62,887 bases of DNA from an uncultured Dehalococcoidales bacterium (GTDB lineage: Bacteria > Chloroflexota > UBA6077 > FW602-bin22 > CADDYW01), in the NCBI GenBank assembly GCA_964493975.1, contig CAZBQK010000002.1, forward strand, positions 1 to 62,887, written 5' to 3'. Each line of letters starts with the position of its first letter. Position 1 is the first letter of the stretch. The notes below the pieces were generated by a model. The model made no database searches. It was not told the DNA's origin and was given only the letters and a program-made list of their open reading frames with translations. Positions 17,218 through 27,700 of this stretch are shown piece after piece. Both the position numbers and the translations under genes were made by a program.

Positions 17218-20200
17218 ACTTTAGGATCCGGTTGTTGTCGCTATCCGTTACGTAAACATTTCCAGTTGCGTCGACAACAATGCCAGTCGGCGTATGGAAC
17301 GATGACTGGTCGTTACCTGCCGTACCCCAGGCGGCAAGCAGCTGACCGGATGAGCTGAACTTCAGGATCCGACTGCCGGGCGGATCGGTCGCATAGACGT
17401 TCCCGGCCGCATCGACGGCAAGGTACGGCTTGTCGACGACAGATTGGCTGTCCCAACCCGCCACCGGCCAGGAGGTCACGGGTTTAAAGTCCGGTCCGAA
17501 CTTCTGGATTCGTTGATTCCAGGTGTCCGCGACGTAGAAGTTACCCGCGCGGTCAGAGGCGATTCCGACCGGTTCATTGTAGTAACCGAGACCGGTTCCC
17601 GCCCCGCCAAAGGCGGCGAGGAAGCGGCCGTCGGGCGTGAACTTTTGCACCCGCTTATTACCGGTGTCCGTCACGTAAACGTTGCCTTGCAAATCGAGGG
17701 CGATCGATCGAGGGCCGTAGAACTGACCTTCTCCCGATTGAGGCTGTCCAACCGGCTCGCTTCCCCAGGCGCGCTGGAAGCTACCTTTCAGGTCGAAAAC
17801 CTGAACCCGGTGATTCCAGGTGTCGGCAACGTAGACAAGGCCCTGGGGACTCACCGCGATTCCCCACGGTTCTTCGAACTGCCCATCGCCGGTTCCCTTC
17901 GTTCCCCAGCTTCGTACGGCCTGGCCCGTCGCAGTCAGCTCGACAATCCGATTATTCTGGCTGTCGGCCACGTAGAGGTCACCGTTTGGCCCGATTGCGA
18001 TTGATTTCGGCTGTCGAACCTGCGCATCGGGGGACGGTCCGGTTCCCAGGATGGCGATCGACGCGATCGACCGCGTTCTCTGGGCGTACAGCGCTTCGTC
18101 GGCGGTTTGGGTTTCCGCCTGAGGCGCGGTCCAGGGCCCGTAGGCCAGGTCGCGCCGAACGAAGACGACGAAATCGGTGGAACCCAATTCGGTGGGTGTT
18201 TCGCGATAGATCAGGTAACGCCAGAGTTTAGATCGATCTTGGGCGTTGGCCAGGCCCGACAGGATGATTCCGGGGGTCAGTCCTCGGTACGTCGTGTCTT
18301 CCGGGAACCACCAGCGCAAACGGTACCGCTGGGACACGTATTTCGATCCCAGCAGCTGCTTGACCTGGGTATCGTGGCTGTTTTCCATGCCTACCAGAAC
18401 GATCGGCGCATTGGGCGGAGGCGAACCGGTTCCGATAAACTGGCGTGCCGTGTAGTCGCGTAGGTACCACTCGAAAGGCCACGAGACGCCCGAGTCATAG
18501 ACGACTGGAAACTTTGACTTGCCTAGACCGGTTCGATACGCCAGATCGTCGATCTGCTTCATCACCAGACCCACGTCGGGCGAGGTCTGGGTGTACACCA
18601 ACATTTCAACCGGAATGTCGCCGTGATAGTAGCTTACCTGCCAGGCAGCGCGGATCGAGAACGGCACGACGAGAATGACCGCGGTCACGGCGGCGACCTT
18701 CAGCGCGGCGGCGTTCCCAACTTTCGTCCAGAAGTGGGTCGCCGCGTACACCAGGCCGACGAAAATCGCGACCATGGCGAGCCACTGAAATAGCGCCTGC
18801 TGGGCCGCGATGGGCGTCTGATCCCCGAGAGGGGAGCCCTGACCGATGAGGGTCAGCGCTGCCAGAACGGCCAGTCCGAGACACAATGACAGAAGAATAC
18901 CGCCGCGCTTGACCGTCGCTGCCCAGTCCGTCGCTTCCACCAGCTTGCCGAGTGACAGCCCCGCCAGGAGACAAAACGGCAGTGCCATCTCCACGACCAT
19001 CCAGGGCATCTTCTCGGACGCAATACCCCAGAGGACGAGGCTAGCGACGCACCAGTACATCAGGAAGTTGGTGAAGAGGGTGCGGTGGCGAAGCCAGTAC
19101 ACCGCCGACGCGAGTCCAACGCCTACCACGAGGAACTCGTACAGCGGAAGCAGCGCCAGGTAGTAGTACCAGGGCTGACCACCCCTCGCGACGCCTTGCT
19201 GGTCGACCCAGTAGCGAAGGGAGCCAATAATCCCGGAGCTAACTCCTGGGATATTGCTGAAGAACGTCGTGTACAGGACGACGAAGATGCCCCAGAAGAG
19301 GATCGCCGAGCGAATCCAGACGGGTCGATTCCACCGAACACCGATCACCGCGCCAATCCCGAAAAGCACGGCGAACGTCAGGGCGAAAACAGCGTCGATC
19401 GTTCCTTCAACTTGAGTCTTCATCACGACGTAGGTGACCGCCGTGAAGAGGGGAAGAATCAGGCTGCCGAGCAGGACAAGCATGTCGGTGGCTGGCGACG
19501 TCGATTTCAGGCCGCGAACGATGACGTCGATAATGTCCTGGCGACTAATCGCGAGAAGAAAGGTCAGCAAAATCGCCATCAGGAAGTAGGTATCTTCCTT
19601 GTCGGCAAAAGCCAGGCTCATCGCTCCCACGGCGACGTACAGGTAGAAGTCCCGGGGCTGCGACAGAAATCGGAAAATCGCGACGACAAGAACGAGCATG
19701 AAGAAAATCTGATAGATGTCGTGGCGAATGAAGCGCGAGTAGTACAGGATTGTTGGCGAAAACGTCAAAAGGGCCGAGGTCAGAATTGCCCCGGTTCGCC
19801 CGAGTCGGTCACGCAAAAAGTAGGGCAGGCCGACCAACATCGTCCCAAAGAGAGCAGGAGCGACCCGAGCGGTCGCGTCGGTCGCCCCAAGTAGGAAATA
19901 GACCAGTGCGTTGAGCTCAAAGAGAAAAGGGCCATGCATCATCGGGTCGTGGACGTATCCCTTCCCGATATAGAGATAATACGAGTAGACGGCGTGGAGG
20001 CTCTCATCGTGGTGAAGCATCCGCGTTCCGAGGTCCCAGAATCGGAGAACCCCGGCCAGGACGGTCAGACAGATAAATACAAATGCTTCGCGGTCGATCG
20101 GAATGGCCGCGCTGACCTGCCGAAGCCAGAATCCGTCGTCGAACCAACGCTGGTCCACCCGATCCGCGTCGCGCTCGATTTGTCGTTCGATGACGGCCAT
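17201..20200 (-). CDS. TIGR03663/Agl23-like GT-C-type membrane protein fused to a C-terminal six-bladed NHL-repeat propeller.
   Basis: N-terminal HHDESLH and MMHGPF (the DE and HGP signatures I recall for TIGR03663). Six NHL blades lie at about 18020-17204 (IAIGPNGDLYVADSQNNRIVEL, GIAVSPQGLVYVADTWNHRVQVF and others). ATG 20200 is preceded by GGGAGGAG. Confidence 0.78.
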   Translation of the reverse strand: MAVIERQIERDADRVDQRWFDDGFWLRQVSAAIPIDREAFVFICLTVLAGVLRFWDLGTRMLHHDESLHAVYSYYLYIGKGYVHDPMMHGPFLFELNALVYFLLGATDATARVAPALFGTMLVGLPYFLRDRLGRTGAILTSALLTFSPTILYYSRFIRHDIYQIFFMLVLVVAIFRFLSQPRDFYLYVAVGAMSLAFADKEDTYFLMAILLTFLLAISRQDIIDVIVRGLKSTSPATDMLVLLGSLILPLFTAVTYVVMKTQVEGTIDAVFALTFAVLFGIGAVIGVRWNRPVWIRSAILFWGIFVVLYTTFFSNIPGVSSGIIGSLRYWVDQQGVARGGQPWYYYLALLPLYEFLVVGVGLASAVYWLRHRTLFTNFLMYWCVASLVLWGIASEKMPWMVVEMALPFCLLAGLSLGKLVEATDWAATVKRGGILLSLCLGLAVLAALTLIGQGSPLGDQTPIAAQQALFQWLAMVAIFVGLVYAATHFWTKVGNAAALKVAAVTAVILVVPFSIRAAWQVSYYHGDIPVEMLVYTQTSPDVGLVMKQIDDLAYRTGLGKSKFPVVYDSGVSWPFEWYLRDYTARQFIGTGSPPPNAPIVLVGMENSHDTQVKQLLGSKYVSQRYRLRWWFPEDTTYRGLTPGIILSGLANAQDRSKLWRYLIYRETPTELGSTDFVVFVRRDLAYGPWTAPQAETQTADEALYAQRTRSIASIAILGTGPSPDAQVRQPKSIAIGPNGDLYVADSQNNRIVELTATGQAVRSWGTKGTGDGQFEEPWGIAVSPQGLVYVADTWNHRVQVFDLKGSFQRAWGSEPVGQPQSGEGQFYGPRSIALDLQGNVYVTDTGNKRVQKFTPDGRFLAAFGGAGTGLGYYNEPVGIASDRAGNFYVADTWNQRIQKFGPDFKPVTSWPVAGWDSQSVVDKPYLAVDAAGNVYATDPPGSRILKFSSSGQLLAAWGTAGNDQSSFHTPTGIVVDATGNVYVTDSDNNRILKFAPIQ

Positions 20201-20218
20201 GTCTCTCCTCCCGATCCG

Positions 20219-22108
20219 TTAGGGTCGCCCGAGTTGGGTTTTGACAAAGACTTTAACGTATTCGTCGGTTTGGGTTGATGGCTGGCGATAGAGCCACCAA
20301 CGAACGAGATCTTTTAGCTGCAGCCCGGGAAGCGGTGCAGCGCTGGCAATCTGGAAGGTCTCGCCGGCGTACGCGCCACGGGGCGCTTTGGCCTGAGCCG
20401 GCACAATCGCCACGGCCGGCGCGTCGTCAATCGTGTTGACAACCAGGGCCTGCGGAAACTGACGGAGATACCAGGCGAGGGGCGCGGCCACCGGTGTTGC
20501 GATTTCGATGCTATCGGTGACCGGCCGACCTTCAAGCTGTCGTCCGATCTGTAGCTCGTTGACGACCGTCGAGACGTCTGTCGAGAGCGTTCGGATGTCC
20601 GGCGACGTCGCGGTGCCGACAAATGCCTCCGCCGGATTGAGACTCGAGCCCGGGTTGAGCATCATCGCCGCGTGAACGTTGAGAGTAAGCATGGCCACGA
20701 GTCCCACGACCGTGATGCCGGCCCAGGTCATCTCCCACCCTTGCTGCCACGCGAAAGTGGTCACCAGAATCGCGATGGCGAGCGCGGGTAAGACGAGGAT
20801 TTCCGGTGGAACGTTCGGGTCGGGCAAAGATAAGTTGCTCGCAGCGATGAGGGTCGATCCCAAGAATGACAGACCCAATGCGACGAAGAGAGCGATCGGC
20901 CGCCAGGACGTCTGATGAGCGAGCGACCGGGCCAGGCTCTCGCTGGCGAGTCCGGCGAGAAAACCGAGGGGCACGACGGCAATCGCAAACCAAGTTGGGT
21001 GAAAGCCGGTCGTGAGCGCGTATAAACCAATGGCCCCGCCCGCCCACCAAACCAGGAACTCGTCAAATCGGCGGCTCTTCTGCCGTATCGCGAAGATACC
21101 GCCGACGATTCCGAAGACGGCGGAAAAGGGTTCGTAGGCAAGGAGAAGCATTGGCAAAGAGACGAGGCCACGAGAACCGTTACCGGCCAGACCCGCGAGC
21201 CAAATTCCCAGCGGACCGGAAATGGCGTCTCCAAGGCCAATTGGATTGGTTCCGAGGCCAGTCGACACGACGACGTAGGCGAGACCCCCGACGAGAAGCG
21301 CGCCCCGAGCCGCCGCCGGCCGCGCTCGTAGTCGGGAAAGGACCGAAATGGTCCCGGCCGACATCGCCGGATCCGTCGGGTTTTCTCGGTCGGAATTGGG
21401 TGAGACCTCGCCCCGCCTGATCGACGTGACCACATATCCCCCAAGTATGAGGAGCAATGGAAAGGCAGCTGGTCCGCTCGTCGGGAGTAATGCCAGCAAG
21501 AATGCACCAAGATACATCAGCCGTGGCTTGAGATCTAACCTCTCGGACGTACAAACGAAGACAAGACCAAGCGCGAGTAACAGGGAAAGCGACGTGGAAT
21601 CGACCTGCCGCGACGCGACAATGAGAGTTGGCGACGTTGCAAGGGCCATGGCCGCGACGAGCGACCCAAGTCGCCCGAGCCTCGAGCGGAACGCGACCGG
21701 ACTCAGCGCCACGAGCGTTCCCGCGACCATCGGGAGCAAGCGTGACGTCGCGTCGGATGCTCCGAGCATGAGAAAGATCAGGGTGTTCGCATAAATGAGC
21801 AGTGGGGCCGACGAGACTGACAAGCCGGTGCGTTGAAAGATTCGCCAGGATTCCATCGCAAGCGCGCTCTCGTTCGACTGGAGCGGCGCACCGTCGAGGT
21901 TGAGCGCGCGCACCCCGACGGCGACCGCCGCGACGGCAAGCCAGGCCACGAGCTCGAGACTCGTCGTCGGCGTCCAAGTGCTTGACGACGCGTGCTCGAC
22001 CGGCACCGGCTTGCCGCCGGTTACTAGGACCGTGGTGGATCGACCGAGATTCGAGCGATCCGCTTCCGACGCAAACGTGCCGCGCGCCCGCCGACGGATG
22101 GGAGGCAT
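20219..22108 (-). CDS. TIGR03663-like polytopic membrane protein, a paralogue of 17201-20200 with degenerate signature residues.
   Basis: Aligns by eye to the neighbour (..LGASDATSRLLPMVAGTLV..RSRLGRLGSLV..TSPTLI..). It has NE in place of DE and SAP in place of HGP. The ATG start shares one base with the upstream stop (TGATG). Confidence 0.65.
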   Translation of the reverse strand: MPPIRRRARGTFASEADRSNLGRSTTVLVTGGKPVPVEHASSSTWTPTTSLELVAWLAVAAVAVGVRALNLDGAPLQSNESALAMESWRIFQRTGLSVSSAPLLIYANTLIFLMLGASDATSRLLPMVAGTLVALSPVAFRSRLGRLGSLVAAMALATSPTLIVASRQVDSTSLSLLLALGLVFVCTSERLDLKPRLMYLGAFLLALLPTSGPAAFPLLLILGGYVVTSIRRGEVSPNSDRENPTDPAMSAGTISVLSRLRARPAAARGALLVGGLAYVVVSTGLGTNPIGLGDAISGPLGIWLAGLAGNGSRGLVSLPMLLLAYEPFSAVFGIVGGIFAIRQKSRRFDEFLVWWAGGAIGLYALTTGFHPTWFAIAVVPLGFLAGLASESLARSLAHQTSWRPIALFVALGLSFLGSTLIAASNLSLPDPNVPPEILVLPALAIAILVTTFAWQQGWEMTWAGITVVGLVAMLTLNVHAAMMLNPGSSLNPAEAFVGTATSPDIRTLSTDVSTVVNELQIGRQLEGRPVTDSIEIATPVAAPLAWYLRQFPQALVVNTIDDAPAVAIVPAQAKAPRGAYAGETFQIASAAPLPGLQLKDLVRWWLYRQPSTQTDEYVKVFVKTQLGRP

Positions 22109-24714
22109 CAGTTCGCCCCTCGCGATTGATAGATCGTGACGCCCGGATTCCGGTAGGCGACGTCCATGAATTGACTGAACTTATTCAGCGACGCCTCGTT
22201 CTGCGCGTACTTTTGACGTTCCATCGGACCAACGTACACGAATTGCGCCTTGTATTTGAGAATAAGGTCTTGAGCGACTCGCCAATCGGAGCTTCGGTAA
22301 ATTGTATCGATGTCACGTTTTCGCTCGTCTTCGACCGGGATGATCGCTGCGCCATGCCATTGGATTTCGTGAAAGTCCCAGCCGAGGATCGTCGGGAGTC
22401 CAGTCATCCAAGCCACCTCAGCAAAGGCGCTATACGACCCGCCAGTCGCTTCCACGATCGTGGCGGTTCCCTTGACATTGTGATTTAACCACGCGATGCC
22501 GGCCGCGTCGTCGGACTGAAAACGGGCAAAGTAGCTTAGTCCGTTCAGATCTAGCTCCGTTGTAAACCCGTCGGTTCGTGATGCCAACGCCGCCGGCGCG
22601 TAAACCCCCGCCGCGAGGATCAGGAGGGATGCCGCCGCGAGCCAGGTCAGCGCCATCGGGCGGGGCAAAGCCCAGCGATTGCTAGCGAGTGATGACGGCC
22701 GGGTCGCCTCGGAGCGCAGCGAGGGGACCGGATCCGTCGCCAACCTCCCCGAGAATGCCGCTCTCCCTAGAACGAAAATCGTATAACCGCCAACAATTGC
22801 CAGGAGCTCCCACGTCTGAAAGTATAGTTTGAAGACCGTATTCATCCGGCTGCTGAACGAGTCCTCAATGTAGACAAGCTCGGTGCCGAACAACAACAGC
22901 ATCGCGACGAACAGCAAGATCAGGACATAGACTTTGTCGGCGTTTGGCATTGGCGTCGGCGCGCCCCCAGCTATCCCTGCCGGTTGACCCTGGGCGTCGG
23001 GGCTCGACGACGAGATCGCTACTCGATGATTGTCCATCGACTCGAAATATGGGCCACCGGCTGCCGCACCCGCGTCCGCGAGGTACCGAAGCGTCAAAAC
23101 CAGAGCGCCAACGCCAATCGGAATAACCAGGACCAGAGCCGGAGCGTCGACGTAGATCGCGACGGCCACCAGCGCGGCCACTCCGATCCAAACGAACGAG
23201 CTTCGAATCCAGGCAGGTCCGGCTTGAGGCTCACCGTCAACGCGGGATCGGTCCCCCGCGAACAGAAGGTCAGTCGCGACGAGCGACGCGGCGAGAAATA
23301 GGAGCGGTCCCCAAAAGATCAGGAAATAGCCGAGATGACTGTGAAGCCGAACGACCCCGAGCAGGCCAGTCGCCTGGGAGCGAAAAGTCAGGTAAAACGG
23401 AAAGTACGCCAGGACCGAAATGAAAAGTGCGACCAGCCCGAACGACGCGACATCGCGCAGCCAGCGCAGGTCAAATCGGGGACGATTCACGTAGCGTCGC
23501 GCGGCGAAGGCGCAGACGAGAACGAAAAGATAGGTCAGGATGTCCCACGCGTTGAGCAGAAACATCGACCCAAACAGGAAGATGATGAATGCCGCGTCAA
23601 ACGCGACGGTTCGGACTCGTCTCCACGGAAACTCTCCCGGCTCGCGAAGGAAGCTCAAGGCGAACGCGAGGCAGACAAATGCAAACGGAAGAGCGAGCAA
23701 ATGCGGGTGAAGGTCGCCAAGCAGGAAGCTAAAGAATGGAAACTCGGTGATCGTGTTATACCCGTCGGGTGGGGGCGTACCGGAGGGGTAGTCGAGAATC
23801 ACCCGAGACGCCCGGAACCACCACCAGTTGTCCTGCGCCTCGGTCGGGTACCACTTCTGACTGAAAAACGGGTGATCGAGGTGCCAGATCGCCAGCGATT
23901 GCCAGAACTGGGTCGAACCAAAGCCATGAGCGTGAAGCAGCTCAAAAACGCCTTCGAGGTTACCGAGTAACGCGACGAAAATCGCGGTGAGTCCGCCGAC
24001 GATCCAACCCGGTCGTTCGGCCGACGCCGGTACCAAGCTCATTTCGCTTCCGTCACGGGCGGCACTCGCCGGCGGCTGGCCTTCGGCTCGAGATCCATCG
24101 ACGAGCGCGTGACCCAGCGCAAATGCGCCGGTCACGGCCGCCGCGAACAGCGTTGCGATTGCCAGGTTGAAGGCCACGGCCGGGTCAACTCCGGACGCCT
24201 CGGTGATCGCGGCGACGACGACGTAACCAAGGTAGTAGTAACTGATCGAGTTGCCCGATAGCCACGGGTCGGCCGGTGGGAATCTTGAGCTACGCAAGAT
24301 CCCATTCAAGAAGCCGAGCTCCATCGGTTTTTCGGTGGCTTCAATATTTGGAATGTGCGCCCGAACGAAGGCCCAGACGAGGAATGCGCCAATGAAGAGC
24401 GCTTCGACGGCCAGCAATTGCGCGCGTCGATTCGCCCAGAGCGATCGTAGCTCGGCCGCAGCTTCCGGGACGCCAAGCCAGCCGGCGACCGCGATGACAA
24501 CGACGAGTAGGAGGACGGTTGCTCCGCTGTTCGACCACAGCCCAAACGTGCAGCCGGCCCACAGCGCCACGGCAACCGCCAGCGCTCCGACCGGACGGGC
24601 GAAGGCGTAGCCGCGGTCCGGAAGGTTCCTGAACGCTCGAATGGCCAGCGGAAGCGCGGCGAAACCCATCACCTCGAGCACGATTAACCATTTAAGAAGA
24701 TCAAGCATAAGCAA
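22108..24714 (-). CDS. DUF2298 / Chlor_Arch_YYY domain membrane protein (stand-alone form).
   Basis: LPDRGY, EKPMELGFLN, DPWLSGNSISYYYLGY (the YYY motif), ITEFPFFSFLLGDLHPH and GLPTILGWDFHEIQW. TTG 24714 or ATG 24708 lies directly after the upstream stop. Confidence 0.8.
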   Translation of the reverse strand: MLMLDLLKWLIVLEVMGFAALPLAIRAFRNLPDRGYAFARPVGALAVAVALWAGCTFGLWSNSGATVLLLVVVIAVAGWLGVPEAAAELRSLWANRRAQLLAVEALFIGAFLVWAFVRAHIPNIEATEKPMELGFLNGILRSSRFPPADPWLSGNSISYYYLGYVVVAAITEASGVDPAVAFNLAIATLFAAAVTGAFALGHALVDGSRAEGQPPASAARDGSEMSLVPASAERPGWIVGGLTAIFVALLGNLEGVFELLHAHGFGSTQFWQSLAIWHLDHPFFSQKWYPTEAQDNWWWFRASRVILDYPSGTPPPDGYNTITEFPFFSFLLGDLHPHLLALPFAFVCLAFALSFLREPGEFPWRRVRTVAFDAAFIIFLFGSMFLLNAWDILTYLFVLVCAFAARRYVNRPRFDLRWLRDVASFGLVALFISVLAYFPFYLTFRSQATGLLGVVRLHSHLGYFLIFWGPLLFLAASLVATDLLFAGDRSRVDGEPQAGPAWIRSSFVWIGVAALVAVAIYVDAPALVLVIPIGVGALVLTLRYLADAGAAAGGPYFESMDNHRVAISSSSPDAQGQPAGIAGGAPTPMPNADKVYVLILLFVAMLLLFGTELVYIEDSFSSRMNTVFKLYFQTWELLAIVGGYTIFVLGRAAFSGRLATDPVPSLRSEATRPSSLASNRWALPRPMALTWLAAASLLILAAGVYAPAALASRTDGFTTELDLNGLSYFARFQSDDAAGIAWLNHNVKGTATIVEATGGSYSAFAEVAWMTGLPTILGWDFHEIQWHGAAIIPVEDERKRDIDTIYRSSDWRVAQDLILKYKAQFVYVGPMERQKYAQNEASLNKFSQFMDVAYRNPGVTIYQSRGAN

Positions 24715-27700
24715 TCATTTTACCTGGTAGATCCGGACGCCAAGCTGGTCGTACACGACATTCAATGACGTTCCAACCAGAGAATCGAACTTGGCCCGCG
24801 CCCGGGGATAAAACCCTTGCTCGAGCTCGCCGTCGATAATGTACTTCACGTCGTAACGACGTAGGAGCGATAACGTCGTGTCGGTCGATGGACTGTCGTA
24901 CATTTGCCGGACGTCGTTCAGCCGATCGTCAACGGTGGTTTGGAAGCCCCAGCGCTGCTGCTTCTGGTGCCAGTCCCAGCCAATCACGGTCGGGAGCCCG
25001 GTGTAAATCGCGATCCGCGAACCCCATCGGTATAGCGGTCGAGTTCCTTCGAGAATTGTCGGGGTGCCTTGAATGTTGTCCTGGAGCCATTGAATCGCGG
25101 CTTTGTCGGTGGCAAAGTGCAATTGAGCCGTCAGATGGGATGTTTCGTCCGAATCGGTGTAGATCGCGCTGTCCATGTAGGCTGTGCCGTCAAGGGTTGG
25201 AGGAATCGACGTGTTAAATCGTTGTGATACTCTCGACTCGGTCCCAAGAATCGGATACACCGCCGACATGACGAAGAAAGCGGCCAAGACCGTCACCCAC
25301 GCTCGACGGATCCAGATCGAACGGAGCGATCCAAGGCGGTCCAGAATCCGGATCAAGGCAACCGCACCGCCTATGCCAAACAGCACCCAGATTTGTTCGT
25401 AGAACTTGAAAATCGTGTTCATTCGACCAACGTCGCCGTCGATGACGACCTGCTCGGTGCCGACGCTAATGGCGAGGCCAGTTGCGAAGAGCAAGATCAT
25501 AAAACAGTCTTCAACGGTGCGGTCGCGTCGGAGACCAAGAACCAGCGCCACGAGAAGGAACACCAGGAGCACCCCGGTCAGCGCCATCCCCCCAACTATC
25601 GAAGCGACAACGGCTACCGCGACCGCGACCAAACCGTACAAAAACAGCACCGTGTCGGTGGCCGGGGCGCGGACAAGCGCCTGACGAAGCTGAATGATCC
25701 GTGGCGTCAGCTCCCAGTTAGTGGCGATCAGTCGGATCGAGCGAACGATTCCCGTGCGCCGGTAGACCGCCCAACCCTCCAGGACAAAGTACGACAGCAT
25801 AATGACAAGGAATAGGCCATTTATTACGAAATACCAACGAATCTCGGACTTCTCGTCGCTTGGGTGGACCCCGGAGTAGAAGGACTGAAAATAGGCGCTG
25901 AAGGGTCGGTACAAAAGCTGACTCAAGACGACGATCAGCGCAAACGCGCCAAGCCGGATCGCCAGGCTTCGGACACCGCGCTTGCGCGACGCATACCATG
26001 GCACCAACAGCGCGAGCGCAATCAGACCGAGGTACGTTGGATAATCCCAGGAATTTGTCGGATATAGGGATCCCACTGCCAAACCGGTCACGACGAGAGT
26101 CGCGATCGCGGCCGCCGTCATCGGCGCCAAGGTAACCGCGCGTCTCACTCTCTCCTTGTCCCTCAGCGTGGCGCTAACGCGGTCGACGACATCCTCCAAT
26201 AAAGCCGTGCGCGACTTCAGAAGATTCACGCACAAAGCTAAGACGAGGAGGGTCAGCGGGAGGCCGATCAGATGGGCGTGCAGGTCGGCAAACAAGAAAG
26301 TGAAATATGGGAATTCATTGATCGAGCCGGTACCCCCTTTGATATCGAGGAGGGCGAGCATGCGCGTGCTCGACCAGTACCAATCCGGGGGAATGTTCAA
26401 CGGACGGCCGCCAAGGACAATCGCGTAAACGCCGCTCAGGAAGCTCACGAGCGAAGTAACTCCCGGGAGGTCGCTCTGAGTTGGGGACGCCGACTGCTGG
26501 CTGATCTCGCCGGCCAGCTGGCTAAAGCCGCCAATGTTCCCGAGCAAACACACCATGATCGAAGCCAGGACTCCCCCAACGATCGCCATTCGGTCAGGAG
26601 GGTCGTCACCCCGGCGGATGAGACCCAGCGCGACCGTGAACGTGCCTCCGACGGTCAGCGCAAAAAGTAGCGGCACGATCAGGTTATAGGCAGTCGTCGG
26701 GACGACGCCGGAGATCTTAGCAAGCGTGCCGACGAGGATTTGGCCAAAGTAGTAATAGTTGAGGTACCCGCCGGCGTACCACGGATCGTACGGCGGATAA
26801 ATCGGGCTCCGGATCGCGGCGGTGAGATAGGCGAGATCCATTGGCTTTTCGCCACCCAGGGTGGGGTGCCATAGGTCAGGATTCAAGCTTCTGACCCAGA
26901 CGTCGTACAAGAATGCGACCCAGAACAGACCTTCTTCGAACAGGACCAGCCGGCGACGGCGAATGAAGAACTCCGCGATCTCGGCGCGCTGCCAAAAAGC
27001 GACAGCCCATCCGACAGCCAGGATGAAGGCAAGCGCCACCAGAGCTTCCAGTCGGGTCGCAGTGCCGATGCCAACGCTGACCGCGATCCAGCTGACCCAA
27101 CCGACGAGCAGGACCCCGAGGGTCTTCGACACCAGGAAACCGCGGTCTGGAAGGAATCGGAATACCAGGAAACCGATCGGAGCAGCGGCCAAACCGATCA
27201 GCGCGGTCATGACGATCCAAACAAGTAACGGCACCCGATTAAAGATGTCGTTCCGGTCGAACAGGTCGTGGAACGTTCCCCCCACCTGGACGATTGCCGA
27301 TTGCGCGGGCGACAGCAGGAGCGACCGGTAGCGCGGCGACGAGTCGGTGGGTGTCAGATCGCCCGCGGTCGGTGGAGGTCCGATCAGGGCGCGAAGCTGA
27401 TCTGGACTCAGACGCTGAGTCTTCTTGAAGACGAGCACTCGCTGGTGGTCATAGACCGAAAAGCTCTCGTCCGCGTGGCCAAGATTGATCGTTATCGGCG
27501 CTGGACTGATCCGGCGAAGTAGAGCCGGAGTTGGGAGACCCGGGTCGGCGAGAGTATCGTCGACGAAAGCGACGCCCAAAAGATTCGGGTAGCGCTCGGC
27601 AACGTCGACCAGGGTGAACCCGAGCTGCTCGCCGAAGAGCTTTTCGTAGTACCGCCGCGACATCGGGTACCGGGCCGGTATTCGCGGTACCGTTCCGTAC

